DNA of 63,717 nt, counting the filler. It is 3 parts of 3 records of this genome, joined end to end, with 100 filler letters (N's around TTAATTAATTAA, not from the genome) between each part and the next. Parts side by side here need not be neighbours in the genome. Positions count along the whole stretch, not along the records: positions 9,448 to 33,785 come from SRR31156797_7573; positions 33,886 to 63,717 come from SRR31156797_7582; 1 more part is not named here. One strand, 5' to 3'. This document shows, piece by piece, positions 28,712 through 38,315 of this stretch (positions within the stretch are counted from its first letter, which is position 1; each line of letters opens with the position of its first letter). Under the pieces are notes generated by a model, which was not told the origin of the DNA, made no database searches, and worked only from the letters and a program-made list of their open reading frames with translations. The translations under genes were made by a program, and so were the position numbers.

Positions 28712-29674
28712 ATGTTTGTCCTCGGTTTACAGGGTAGCCCAAGGGCCAAAGGAAATACCAACACCCTTTTGTCAGCGTTTATGGAAGAGGTTGGAAGGCT
28801 GGGGGGGCGTGCAAGGGTTCTCGATGTAACCAAAATGAACCTATTGCCGTGCCGGGGATGTGGAATCTGTGAGAGGAAGGGGTACTGTCCTCAGGATGAT
28901 GATATGCAGGGAGCTTATCCCCTTTTGCGAAAGGCGGATCTGGTGGTGATGGCCACGCCCATCTATTTTTATGGGCCGACGGCGCAGCTGAAAGCTTTTA
29001 TTGATCGATCCCAGGCACTTTGGTCCAGAAAATATGTATCGGATCTGGAAGATCCGATGCGAAAATGGCGAAAAGGTTTTTTATTGGCCGTCGGCGCCAC
29101 AAAAGGGAAGAATCTGTTTGACGGCACAAACCTGACGGCCAAATATTTTTTCGATGCCGTGGGTGCCGGTTTTGAAGGAACCCTGGGGTACAGGCATCTG
29201 GACAAAGTGGGAGACATTGAAAAACATCCCACGGCTCTGGCGGAAGCCGGGGAGAAGGCCGGAGAATTGATAACGCCTTTTTTGAAACGGAAAAAGGCTC
29301 TTTTTGTATGCCGGGAGAATGCCTGCCGAAGCCAGATGGCAGCAGCATTTACCCGGAAAATGGCCGGCGACCGTTTTGAGGTTGAAAGTGCCGGGAGCGA
29401 CCCGGCCCGGGAAATCAACCCCGTCATGGAGCAGGTGATGGTGGAAAAGGGGATTGATATGGCCTATTTGAAACCGTCCGCCATTTCAGATCTGCCCCAT
29501 AAGTGGCATCCGGAAGCCGTGGTGTCCATGGGTTGTGAAGTTGCGTGCCCCACTTTTCCCGGTGCCGTCACGGAAGACTGGGATTTGCCGGATCCTTCGG
29601 GGGAATCCTTGGATTTCATGCGGAATGTTCGGGATCAGGTGGAAAAACGGGTCGAAGATTTTATTTCGGAGTAG
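28712..29674 (+). CDS. Fusion of iron-sulfur flavoprotein (NADPH-dependent FMN reductase-like) and ArsC/LMW-PTP domain
   Basis: GSPRAKGNT, CRGCGIC..C, TPIYF; C-terminal CRENACRSQMA, SMGC...CP and WDLPDP. Confidence 0.88.
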   Translation: MFVLGLQGSPRAKGNTNTLLSAFMEEVGRLGGRARVLDVTKMNLLPCRGCGICERKGYCPQDDDMQGAYPLLRKADLVVMATPIYFYGPTAQLKAFIDRSQALWSRKYVSDLEDPMRKWRKGFLLAVGATKGKNLFDGTNLTAKYFFDAVGAGFEGTLGYRHLDKVGDIEKHPTALAEAGEKAGELITPFLKRKKALFVCRENACRSQMAAAFTRKMAGDRFEVESAGSDPAREINPVMEQVMVEKGIDMAYLKPSAISDLPHKWHPEAVVSMGCEVACPTFPGAVTEDWDLPDPSGESLDFMRNVRDQVEKRVEDFISE

Positions 29675-29784
29675 GCGTCAACAATGTGGGTGTCCGCAGA
29701 CTATTTCAATATCGGTACGCGTCTATGAGGATCGAGGGCCAGAGCGAACCTTGATCCTCACCCCGAAGAATGCATGCGTCTTTG

Positions 29785-29814
29785 ACCTGATCCCGGAAGA
29801 TCAGGTTTTTTTTT
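29785..29814 (+). terminator. Rho-independent terminator of the redox operon
   Basis: ACCTGATC-CCGGAA-GATCAGGT followed by 8 T. Confidence 0.8.
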
Positions 29815-29869
29815 GCCTATTTCCCATTTCGGCTTTAGAAAAGGCGTTATGTTGACGATATTTATACAT

Positions 29870-32413
29870 ATGAGAAATTTTTTAAAAGAGAGATTCTGGC
29901 GTTCCTTTAACCCTGAAGACGACCCCATGGTCTACTGGCGTGAGCGGATTCTGTTTACCATGCTGGCTTGCGGGCTTGTTCTGTCTCCATTGGTGTTGCC
30001 GCCCGTTATGGCACTGATCGTGAAAGAACGGTTGTGGCATCTGGGGGCAATCAATGCCTCCGCCTTTGTGGGCATGGTGTATCTTCTCTTCAGCCGAAAA
30101 GCGAGCTACCGGCTCAGGGCAGGCGGTACGTTGCTGATTGTTTATGGCGTCAGTCTGGGAATTTTGTGGAATGTGGGGATTGCCAGCGGCGCTTTTGCCT
30201 GGTTATTCGCATTTTCCGTTCTCGCGGGGGTGCTCCTGGGCCTTAGAGCGGCGTATGTGGCCATTGCCATGAATCTGGCGACGTTGGGCGCGTTCTGGTA
30301 CGGGACCAGCCACGGAATTTTCGGGCAGCAATTTCAATTTTTCAGCACCCCGGAGAGGGCTTTTGCGGCCCTTTTCAGCTTTGCCATGGTGAACATCGCC
30401 GCCGCGGTCTCCGTTGCGGTAATGCTCAGAGGGCTTGAACGTGAAACCCGCAGGCAAAAAGAAGTAACGGACCGGCTGAAACGGGAGATGGAAGAACGTC
30501 AGCGGTCCGAAACGGCCCTGAAGAAGAGCGAATCAATGCTCAAGAGTACTTTCCGGGCCACGCCGGTGGGGCTGGCGGTGGTCAAAGACCGCAGGTTCAT
30601 CGCCGTAAATGAATCTTTTTCCAGGATTACGGGGTATGGGGAAGACGAACTACTGGGCAGAACAAGCCGCATGCTCTATGAAAACGACGATGAATATGCC
30701 CGCGCCGCCGCCGAACTTTATGCCTCTCAGCGGTATAAGGCGTTTGCCCATATTGAAACGCGCGAAATCCGAAAGGATGGGACGGTTTGTGATATCCTAT
30801 TGAGGGCCGCGCATTTTTCACCGCTGGATCCTTTGGCCGGTTCGGTGGTTGCCATAGAGGACGTCACGGAAAAAAGACGAGCGGAAAGGGCTCTCCGTGA
30901 GAGTGAAGAAAAATTTCGAACGACCTTTAAGGGATCCCCTGATGCCATTACCATCACCCGAAGGCGGGACGGCAGATTTATTGAAGTGAATGAGGGGTTT
31001 ACGAAGATGAGCGGTTATGAAAGGGAAGATGTGATCGGTAAGTCGCCTTCGGAAATGAATCTGATTGTAAGTTCCCGGGACCGGGAGGTTTTTGAAAGAA
31101 AGCTGGAACAAGAGGGGAGCGTTGATGCTTTTGAAATGCAATACCGAACGAAAAGCGGGGTTATCAGGGACACACTTCTTGCCGCAAGACCATTAATTTA
31201 CGAAAATGAGGCATGCCTGGTGGCGGTGGTCAAAGATATAAGCCAGATGAAACGGACCGCAAAGGAGAAAGCCAAACTTGAAAAGCAGCTCCATCAAGCC
31301 CAGAAGATGGAATCCATGGGCACGCTTGCCGGGGGCATAGCGCATGATTTCAATAATCTGCTCATGGGCATTCAGGGCCGGGTTTCCCTCATGTTAATGG
31401 ACAAAGACCCCTCCTACCCTGATTTTGAAAATCTGAAAGGGATTGAAGAGTATATTCAAAATGCCGTAGCCCTGACAAGGCAACTTCTGGGGTTTGCCAG
31501 AGGCGGAAAGTACGAGGTTAAGCCGACCGATATGAATGAACTGATCGGGAAAAGCGCCGGGATGTTTGGAAGGACCCGGAAAGAAATCAGAATCCGTTCC
31601 AAATACCATGCAGATATATGGACGGTGAATGCGGACCGTGGACAGATCAGTCAGGTTCTGATGAATCTCTACGTCAATGCCTGGCAAGCCATGCCCAGAG
31701 GGGGAACGCTGTTTCTTGAAACCGACAATGTGACGCTTGATGAGAAATATGTAAAACCGTTTTCGCTTGTTCCCGGCAATTATGTTAAGATATCCGTTAC
31801 CGATACGGGCATCGGAATGGATAAATCGACCCAAAAAAGAATTTTTGATCCTTTTTTTACGACCAAAGAGATGAGTAGAGGAACGGGTTTGGGGCTGGCG
31901 TCCGCCTACGGCATCGTCAAGAATCATGGCGGCATCATCAATGTTTACAGTGAAGAGGGCGAGGGGACGACCTTTACCATTTATTTGCCTGTATCGGATT
32001 CGGAAGTTGTTGACCTAAAACCCGGGTTAAGCACGGGTATTCGGCGTGGAAGCGAAACCCTGCTCCTTGTGGATGATGAACCGATGATTCTCGAAACGGC
32101 CGAAGAACTCTTAAATGCACTTGGCTATGAAGTCTTTTCCGCAAAAGGGGGAAAGGAAGCCGTTCATGTGTATGAAAAAAGGAAGGAGCGGATTGATGCG
32201 GTGATACTGGACATGATCATGCCGGATATGAGTGGCGGCGATACATTTGATCGGTTGAAAGCCATTAATCCGGGTGTCAAAGTGATTCTTTCAAGCGGAT
32301 ACGCCATTAACGGTCATGCCGAAGACATTATGAATCGAGGGTGTGATGCGTTTATTCAAAAACCGTACAACATAAAAGAACTCTCCGATAAATTGGCGGA
32401 AGTTCTGACCTGA
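29870..32413 (+). CDS. Hybrid sensor histidine kinase (TM region, 2 PAS, HisKA, HATPase, receiver)
   Basis: AHDFNNLL H-box, N box NLYVNA, DTGIG, FFTTK, GTGLGL and C-terminal receiver (VDDE, D, KP); start codon uncertain (29849 or 29870). Confidence 0.92.
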   Translation: MRNFLKERFWRSFNPEDDPMVYWRERILFTMLACGLVLSPLVLPPVMALIVKERLWHLGAINASAFVGMVYLLFSRKASYRLRAGGTLLIVYGVSLGILWNVGIASGAFAWLFAFSVLAGVLLGLRAAYVAIAMNLATLGAFWYGTSHGIFGQQFQFFSTPERAFAALFSFAMVNIAAAVSVAVMLRGLERETRRQKEVTDRLKREMEERQRSETALKKSESMLKSTFRATPVGLAVVKDRRFIAVNESFSRITGYGEDELLGRTSRMLYENDDEYARAAAELYASQRYKAFAHIETREIRKDGTVCDILLRAAHFSPLDPLAGSVVAIEDVTEKRRAERALRESEEKFRTTFKGSPDAITITRRRDGRFIEVNEGFTKMSGYEREDVIGKSPSEMNLIVSSRDREVFERKLEQEGSVDAFEMQYRTKSGVIRDTLLAARPLIYENEACLVAVVKDISQMKRTAKEKAKLEKQLHQAQKMESMGTLAGGIAHDFNNLLMGIQGRVSLMLMDKDPSYPDFENLKGIEEYIQNAVALTRQLLGFARGGKYEVKPTDMNELIGKSAGMFGRTRKEIRIRSKYHADIWTVNADRGQISQVLMNLYVNAWQAMPRGGTLFLETDNVTLDEKYVKPFSLVPGNYVKISVTDTGIGMDKSTQKRIFDPFFTTKEMSRGTGLGLASAYGIVKNHGGIINVYSEEGEGTTFTIYLPVSDSEVVDLKPGLSTGIRRGSETLLLVDDEPMILETAEELLNALGYEVFSAKGGKEAVHVYEKRKERIDAVILDMIMPDMSGGDTFDRLKAINPGVKVILSSGYAINGHAEDIMNRGCDAFIQKPYNIKELSDKLAEVLT

Positions 32414-32452
32414 TGATTCGCCGTACATCATGGATCTTAAAGGAAGTTGGTT

Positions 32453-33785
32453 ATGGGTAAAATCCAAAAGCAAACCGGCCCTATCTGGGGTATTTTCCCC
32501 AAACTCCTTCTCTTTTTTCTGGTCCTTTCCATAAGCCCTCTGATTGTTCTCGGCTATATGGCGAACACGAATATGGCGCAAACAGGGATGGAATCCACCG
32601 CCATTGCCATGAGGATGGGTGAGAAGAATTTGGAAGCTGCCAGGGAAATCGGGCAATTGGCCATCGAAGACAGTGTGCAGGCGCTGGATGATAAATCCAG
32701 GGAGGCCATTGAATTGAGGACCATGGAGCTGGCAATACGGATCGCCGATTTTCTCTATGAAAGAGATAAGGATATCCAGGTGCTGGCCACTTTCAAGCCC
32801 GACCCTTCGAAATACCGTTTGGTGTATCTTACAAGCAATAAGGAGGTGATTGTTCCCCGCAACGTTCCCCATAAGGAAACCTCCCGGAATGGTATCGGGC
32901 TACTCTGGTCCAACCCTGCCAACAGGGTAAGCTGGCATCACAGGCCGCCCGATGATTTCAATCGGGTATCGAAGCCCATCTACAGGGAGATTACCTTTGT
33001 AGATCCATGGGGTCATGAAAAGATAAAAGTGAAAAACGGTCATATTTCCAAGGATCTTAAAGATGTGAGCCAACGGAAAAACACTTTCTGTAAAGCGGAG
33101 GACTATTTTTCCCACCTCTCATCCCTGAAAAAGGGAGAAATCTATGTTTCACGGGTTATCGGGGCCTATAAGAAAGGCTGGCTCCATAAAAGCGCCGAGG
33201 GCATCAAGGTCAGGCCGGAGAGCGCCCATGCCGGATGGGAAAATCCTTTTGGCGAGACATTTGAAGGGATCATCCGCTGGGCCACGCCTGTTTATGAAAA
33301 TGGAAATAGGATCGGTTATCTCACCATGGCCCTGGACCATATCCATGTCATGGAATTTACGGACCATGTGGTCCCCACCGAGGAGCGGTTTTCCGAGCTG
33401 TCGCATGGCGGTTCCGGCAATTACGCCTTTTTGTGGGACGATCAGGACCAGTGCATTTCACATGCCCGCGATTTCTTTATCTGCGGGTATGATCCCGAAA
33501 CAGGAGAAGAGGTTCCCGGATGGATCAGTCAGAAGACTTACGATGCCTATAAAAAAAGCGGTTTGGATCTGCGGGAATTTGTGTCCCGGTTGCCGTCTTT
33601 TAGAGATTTTACCCTGAAAAAGCGCGGTTCCAAAGAACAGATGAGTTCAGGCAAAATCGCGCTCGATTGCCGTATCCTCGATACGGCCCCTCAATGCGAG
33701 GGATGGCACAGGGGAACCGAAGACGGCGGGGCCGGTTCGTTTTTGATTCTTTGGAGCGGATTGTGGAAGTTGACCACCTATGCGA
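32453..33785 (+). CDS. Membrane sensor protein (probably histidine kinase) with a large periplasmic domain, truncated by the spacer
   Basis: N-terminal TM helix and Cache-like periplasmic region; ORF runs into the Ns. Confidence 0.65.
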
Positions 33786-33885
33786 NNNNNNNNNNNNNNN
33801 NNNNNNNNNNNNNNNNNNNNNNNNNNNNNTTAATTAATTAANNNNNNNNNNNNNNNNNNNNNNNNNNNNNNNNNNNNNNNNNNNN
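33786..33885. other. Artificial contig-joining spacer
   Basis: N run with TTAATTAATTAA at 33830-33841. Confidence 0.97.
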
Positions 33886-33985
33886 AGAGCGATATAGAAA
33901 TTCCGGAACACGAAAGCAAATTTCTAACCAAAAAATGCACCGGATTAGACCGGTGGTTTTCACGTTATCCGGCAAGGAGATTCCA

Positions 33986-34396
33986 ATGAAAGAGTGGCTC
34001 TTTCCCGCTTTTGGAGCGTTTGTTCTATGGGGCTTTTGGAGTTTTATTCCCAAGATTACAACAAAATATATTAGTCCAAAGAGTGCAATTCTTTTTGAAG
34101 TTTTAGGTGGCATTATTCTTGCCGTAATTGTCTTAATCTCTTTGAAATTTAAACCTGATATTCATCCTAAAGGTGTTTTGTTGGCAATATCGACCGGGAT
34201 TCTCGGGTTTGCCGGGGCTTTGTGCTTTCTTTATGCAGCTTTTAAGGGACCCATTTCATTGGTTGCACTAGTATCAGCTCTATATCCTATTATTGCGATT
34301 GTATTGGCGATGTTTTTCTTAAATGAGACGATTACAATAAAACAAGGCTTGGGTATTGTTCTCGGGCTTGCGGCTATTATCTTACTTGCCACATAA
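33986..34396 (+). CDS. EamA/DMT family small transporter
   Basis: LWGFWSFIPK, ALYP...FLNETIT..QGLG; about five TM helices; AAGGAG RBS. Confidence 0.85.
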   Translation: MKEWLFPAFGAFVLWGFWSFIPKITTKYISPKSAILFEVLGGIILAVIVLISLKFKPDIHPKGVLLAISTGILGFAGALCFLYAAFKGPISLVALVSALYPIIAIVLAMFFLNETITIKQGLGIVLGLAAIILLAT

Positions 34397-34553
34397 CCAG
34401 CCAGTTCACTTGAGTAACAGAACCGGGGTCGCATCTCAAATATGGGAGGCCGGCAGATGGCACCATTATCACCACCAAGACAAAAGAGGATATTTCGAGT
34501 ACAACCTATCCTATTTTGCATGTTATTCGCATGTTTCCTGCTTCCCGCTCCGT

Positions 34554-34865
34554 GTATCCGGAATGGTTGTACGCGTTCTTGAGGCAAACATATGCGGTTT
34601 TGGATCCAGCGGACGCAACGGTGGATTTTCATCAACGTTGTTCGGCATGGCCAAAATCCTGACCAAGTTGAGGTTCGGCAAAAAACAAGCTATCGCAGCC
34701 CGTCATTACATGGAAGACGCCGTGGATTATGTAGATCGATTGGTTCGTGAACACGCCATCGACTGCGATTATGAACAAAGGGGATCCTTGCTGGTTGCGA
34801 CAACACAAGCTCAGATACAATGGATGGAGACTTTATTCAAATTGTCGGAGACTTTGAATGCATAA
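34554..34865 (+). pseudogene. Fragment of an FAD-dependent oxidoreductase (PuuB/DAO-like)
   Basis: VLEANICGFGSSGRNGGF and IDCDYEQRG motifs, but no GxGxxG N-terminus and truncated after about 100 aa. Confidence 0.7.
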
Positions 34866-34898
34866 AGGGGTTGACGAATCAACCCCTTTATTGGTTTA

Positions 34899-35378
34899 TC
34901 AGGTGAGCGGTTTGAAATACTTGATATCGGTGATCCCCCCTTTTCTTTCCGATTCCGGCAGGAACACGGCTTCAACCGCCATTCCGATGGCAACATCTTC
35001 CGGATCAATTTCTCCCAGATAATGGAGAACCCCGCCTTGGGTTCCGTCCAGAATGACCATGGCCATGACGGCGGGCGCCTCTTTTTTGGAACCGTCCAGA
35101 TTCTTGTACAACACCGTATAGGTCAGTACGCTCCCTTGGGTGCCCACCTCAATGTAGCTGTCTTCCAGCCGGTCAAAGCACTTTTCACAATAGGTTCTCG
35201 GCGGCACGTAGGTGATGCCGCATCTTTCGCATTTGGCCCCCAGAAAGGTCCCTTTCTCCGCAATGCTTCGAAAATAGGCTTCTCCGGCACGGCCGAATGT
35301 ATAGATATATTCCAGGGGTATTTCGCCGGTCCAGTACCCCACGTCGGTTGTTTCCTGCATTCTTTCAGTCAATGCCAT
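34899..35378 (-). CDS. DUF35 Zn-ribbon/OB-fold protein
   Basis: CERC..YVPPR..CEKC and IGMAVEAVF. Confidence 0.9.
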   Translation of the reverse strand: MALTERMQETTDVGYWTGEIPLEYIYTFGRAGEAYFRSIAEKGTFLGAKCERCGITYVPPRTYCEKCFDRLEDSYIEVGTQGSVLTYTVLYKNLDGSKKEAPAVMAMVILDGTQGGVLHYLGEIDPEDVAIGMAVEAVFLPESERKGGITDIKYFKPLT

Positions 35379-35396
35379 AACGGTCTCCTCCCCTGA

Positions 35397-35918
35397 TTAA
35401 TCAATGACCTTGAAGTATTTGATGTCGGTAATGGCTCCGATTCTCTCTTCGGGTGCCCGCCACACCGCTTTTACCTTCATGCCGATTTTAATATCATACG
35501 GCTCTATTTCATCGATGAGATGGAGGATCCCCTGGTCTTTTCCCGCACCATCCAGTTCAATGACTGCGGGGGTGTGGTACCTGTCGCCTTCCTTCACCCG
35601 GCTGGCATCCCAGTTGACGTGGCTGACCACGGAGGTCAATATGGTCCCCGTGTCTTTGACGAAGGTCCATTCATCCGTGGGCCGCCAGCAGACTTCACAG
35701 AAGAGCCTGGGCGGCACCAGAACACGTTTACAGGCATTGCATTTCTTTCCCACAATCCTGCCGTTCTTAAGTTCGGCCAAATACCGGCCGATGGAAACAC
35801 CGTTGTCCCAGGCATATTTGAGATTGGGCTTGTCATGCACGGAATAAATATTCCCCTCGCGGATATCGGAGAGTTTTACCTTTGTAACCGTTTTTTCAAT
35901 AGCTGTCGCATCTAACAT
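35397..35918 (-). CDS. DUF35 Zn-ribbon/OB-fold protein
   Basis: CNAC..LVPPR..CEVC and IGMKVKAVW. Confidence 0.9.
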   Translation of the reverse strand: MLDATAIEKTVTKVKLSDIREGNIYSVHDKPNLKYAWDNGVSIGRYLAELKNGRIVGKKCNACKRVLVPPRLFCEVCWRPTDEWTFVKDTGTILTSVVSHVNWDASRVKEGDRYHTPAVIELDGAGKDQGILHLIDEIEPYDIKIGMKVKAVWRAPEERIGAITDIKYFKVID

Positions 35919-35939
35919 GGATTATCCCTCCTTGGCGGT

Positions 35940-37103
35940 TCATGAACGCATTACCACGACGGTGCCCACCTGCATCAGATCACCCCAGGCCTGTGCCAAA
36001 CCGCAGGTGGGTTTCCCCGGAACCTGCCGTTTCCCGGCCTCTTCCCGCAGCTGCAGGTATATTTCGATGATCTTCATCAGCCCGGTGGCCGCAATGGGGT
36101 TCCCAACACCCAGTGCACCCCCCGAGGGGCAGCACGGCAGGTTTCCATCCCTCTGGGTAACGCCGTCCAGCAGCATTTTCACCGATTCCCCCCGTTTGCA
36201 CAGCTGAAGCCCCTCGATATGATGAAGCTCTTTGTAGGTGAAGGGATCGTAAGGTTCCGCCACGTGGATTTCCTTGCCGGGCTCCTTGATGCCCGCCATG
36301 TCATAGGCCTGCCGGGCCGCGACTTCCACATAATCGGGATAATAGAGATCCCGGTTACACCAGTAAGCCGTATCCAGACAGTTGCCGATACCGTCGATCC
36401 ATACCGGTTTTTCAGTGACTTTGCGGGCAACCTCTTCGGAAGCCAGAATGATGGCCGAGGCACCATCACTGGTGGGGCTGATATCCAGGCGGTTGACCGG
36501 ATACGCCATCATCTCGGAGTTCAATACGTCCTCCACGGTAATCTCGGCACCCAGCTGGGCGGACGGATGATCCATGGCGTTCCGTTTGTTCTTGACGGCC
36601 ACTTGGGCAATGTCCTCTTTGGTGTAGCCGTAACGGTGCATAAACCGTTGCATCTCGATGGCAAATATCCAGATGAGCGTCGGATAGAGCGGCTGCTCGG
36701 TTGTATGATCGAAGATGGTGACAAAGGCGCCCGCCGGATGGGGAAAGGCCGATGACATTTTCTCCTCCGCAACCACCATACAGGTATCGTACATTCCCGA
36801 GGCCACGTGAAACCACCCGTGTATGGGAGACATGACACCGGTACCGCCACCCACATAGTGGCGCATGTACGGCTTTCGAAAGGCTCCGGCTCCGTCGGAC
36901 AGGTATTCACCGTTCATATGGATGCCGTCGAATGCGTCCGGCGCCGTACCCAGGCAAACGGAATCGATGTCATCCAGGGTCATTTCGCATGAATCGAGGG
37001 CCATTTTTGTGGCCTCATAGGACAGTTCTTTGGGTGTTTCCTGTGTGAACCTGTGAAATTTGGTAATTCCCGCACCAACAATTGCTACTTTTCTCAAACC
37101 CAT
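35940..37103 (-). CDS. SCP-x-type thiolase-superfamily protein (Ltp3-like), lacking the nucleophilic Cys
   Basis: APDAFDG, YVGGGTG at the usual CASG position, SDGA, EPYDPF, PSGG..GVGNP. Confidence 0.85.
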   Translation of the reverse strand: MGLRKVAIVGAGITKFHRFTQETPKELSYEATKMALDSCEMTLDDIDSVCLGTAPDAFDGIHMNGEYLSDGAGAFRKPYMRHYVGGGTGVMSPIHGWFHVASGMYDTCMVVAEEKMSSAFPHPAGAFVTIFDHTTEQPLYPTLIWIFAIEMQRFMHRYGYTKEDIAQVAVKNKRNAMDHPSAQLGAEITVEDVLNSEMMAYPVNRLDISPTSDGASAIILASEEVARKVTEKPVWIDGIGNCLDTAYWCNRDLYYPDYVEVAARQAYDMAGIKEPGKEIHVAEPYDPFTYKELHHIEGLQLCKRGESVKMLLDGVTQRDGNLPCCPSGGALGVGNPIAATGLMKIIEIYLQLREEAGKRQVPGKPTCGLAQAWGDLMQVGTVVVMRS

Positions 37104-37120
37104 ATCTGATCCCTCCTGAA

Positions 37121-38269
37121 TTAGTTGCTGAGGATGGCCACTGCGCCGGTTGTCGTCGGAAGTCCCCGCCAACTCATCGCCATGCCGGTGGAAATATCGG
37201 AGAGCTGGTTTTTTCCCGCTTCACCTCTCAACTGGAGCACCACATCGTAGAGCTTCTGACCGCCGTTTAGTTCAAGAAGGTTTCCCACACCGAGGCACCC
37301 TCCCGACGGATTCACGGGAAGGCTTCCGGAGATTTCCGTAACACCGTCCATGGTCATGGGACCCGCATCTCCCCTGTTGCAGAGTCCCAATGCTTCCAGA
37401 TGCTGAAGCTCTTTGTAGGAGAATTCATCGTTTAATTCCACGAAGTCGATTTCGGACCGGGGCGATTTGATCCGGGCCATTTCATAGGCCTTGTCGGCGG
37501 CTATTTTCGCATACACCGCGTTGCCCCAGTCACGGGTTTCCAGTCCGGGAGTGTCCGAACACCATCCGATGCCCCTGACCCATACGGGCTTTTCACAGAG
37601 GTTTTTGGCCACATCTCCGGTGGCCAGCACAATGACCACGGCACCGTCGGCGTACTGACTCATATCCATTTCGCTTAAAGGGTATGATACCATCTCGGAG
37701 GCCATCACATAATCCAGCGTCAGATCACAGCCGTGACCGGCAATGGGGTTGAACATTGCATTCTTTCGGTTTTTGACCACCACTTTCGCACATTGATCCC
37801 GGGTGGTCCCGGTCTCAAAGAGGTACCGGTTCATTTCCATGCCCGCAATGTAATCCGAATGCTGCTTCAAAGGCCGATTGTACACGGGATCCAGCGCGAA
37901 ATCCGTCATGTACGCCTTGGTCAGCATGTTGGATGCCTTGCTGAGCCCCTGAACCGCCACCATGTTGTAAAGGCCCGATTGCAGCATCATGACGGCCGAT
38001 CCCATGGATTGCAAAAAATCGCCGGGAACCGTGTAGATGGGTCGCAACACGGCCCCCAGCTGATCCGGAGCATATTCATCCGTAATGCTGTAACCTTCAC
38101 AGAAATCCTCCGAAGTGGCCACGAACGCGCCGATCTCTTTGGGTTCGACGCCGGCATCGAGATACGCCTTCTTCGCCGCTTCGTAGGTTAGTTCCCTGTA
38201 GGACAGATCCGGAGTCGTGGCCCGGAAACCTGTGGTCCCTATCCCAACAACCGCTATCTCCTGGTTCAT
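37121..38269 (-). CDS. SCP-x-type thiolase-superfamily protein (Ltp4-like), lacking the nucleophilic Cys
   Basis: SEDFCEG, TVPGDF at the usual CASG position, ADGA, ELNDEF, VNPSGG..GVGN. Confidence 0.85.
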   Translation of the reverse strand: MNQEIAVVGIGTTGFRATTPDLSYRELTYEAAKKAYLDAGVEPKEIGAFVATSEDFCEGYSITDEYAPDQLGAVLRPIYTVPGDFLQSMGSAVMMLQSGLYNMVAVQGLSKASNMLTKAYMTDFALDPVYNRPLKQHSDYIAGMEMNRYLFETGTTRDQCAKVVVKNRKNAMFNPIAGHGCDLTLDYVMASEMVSYPLSEMDMSQYADGAVVIVLATGDVAKNLCEKPVWVRGIGWCSDTPGLETRDWGNAVYAKIAADKAYEMARIKSPRSEIDFVELNDEFSYKELQHLEALGLCNRGDAGPMTMDGVTEISGSLPVNPSGGCLGVGNLLELNGGQKLYDVVLQLRGEAGKNQLSDISTGMAMSWRGLPTTTGAVAILSN

Positions 38270-38315
38270 AGATGTCAACCTCCCTTTTTAATGATTCCAT
38301 TTTTAAGGCCACTCA

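Noticed and set aside
18979-29674. Selenocysteine or pyrrolysine read-through in the redox genes
   Set aside because: Catalytic positions I inspected (MsrAB, TrxC, Grx, FTR, ArsC, CooS) are normal Cys codons and the proteins are full length at their stops.
29675-29784. Extra hairpin (TGAGGATCGAGG/CCTTGATCCTCA) before the terminator as a riboswitch
   Set aside because: No recognisable aptamer motif; adequately explained as 3' UTR structure of the redox operon.
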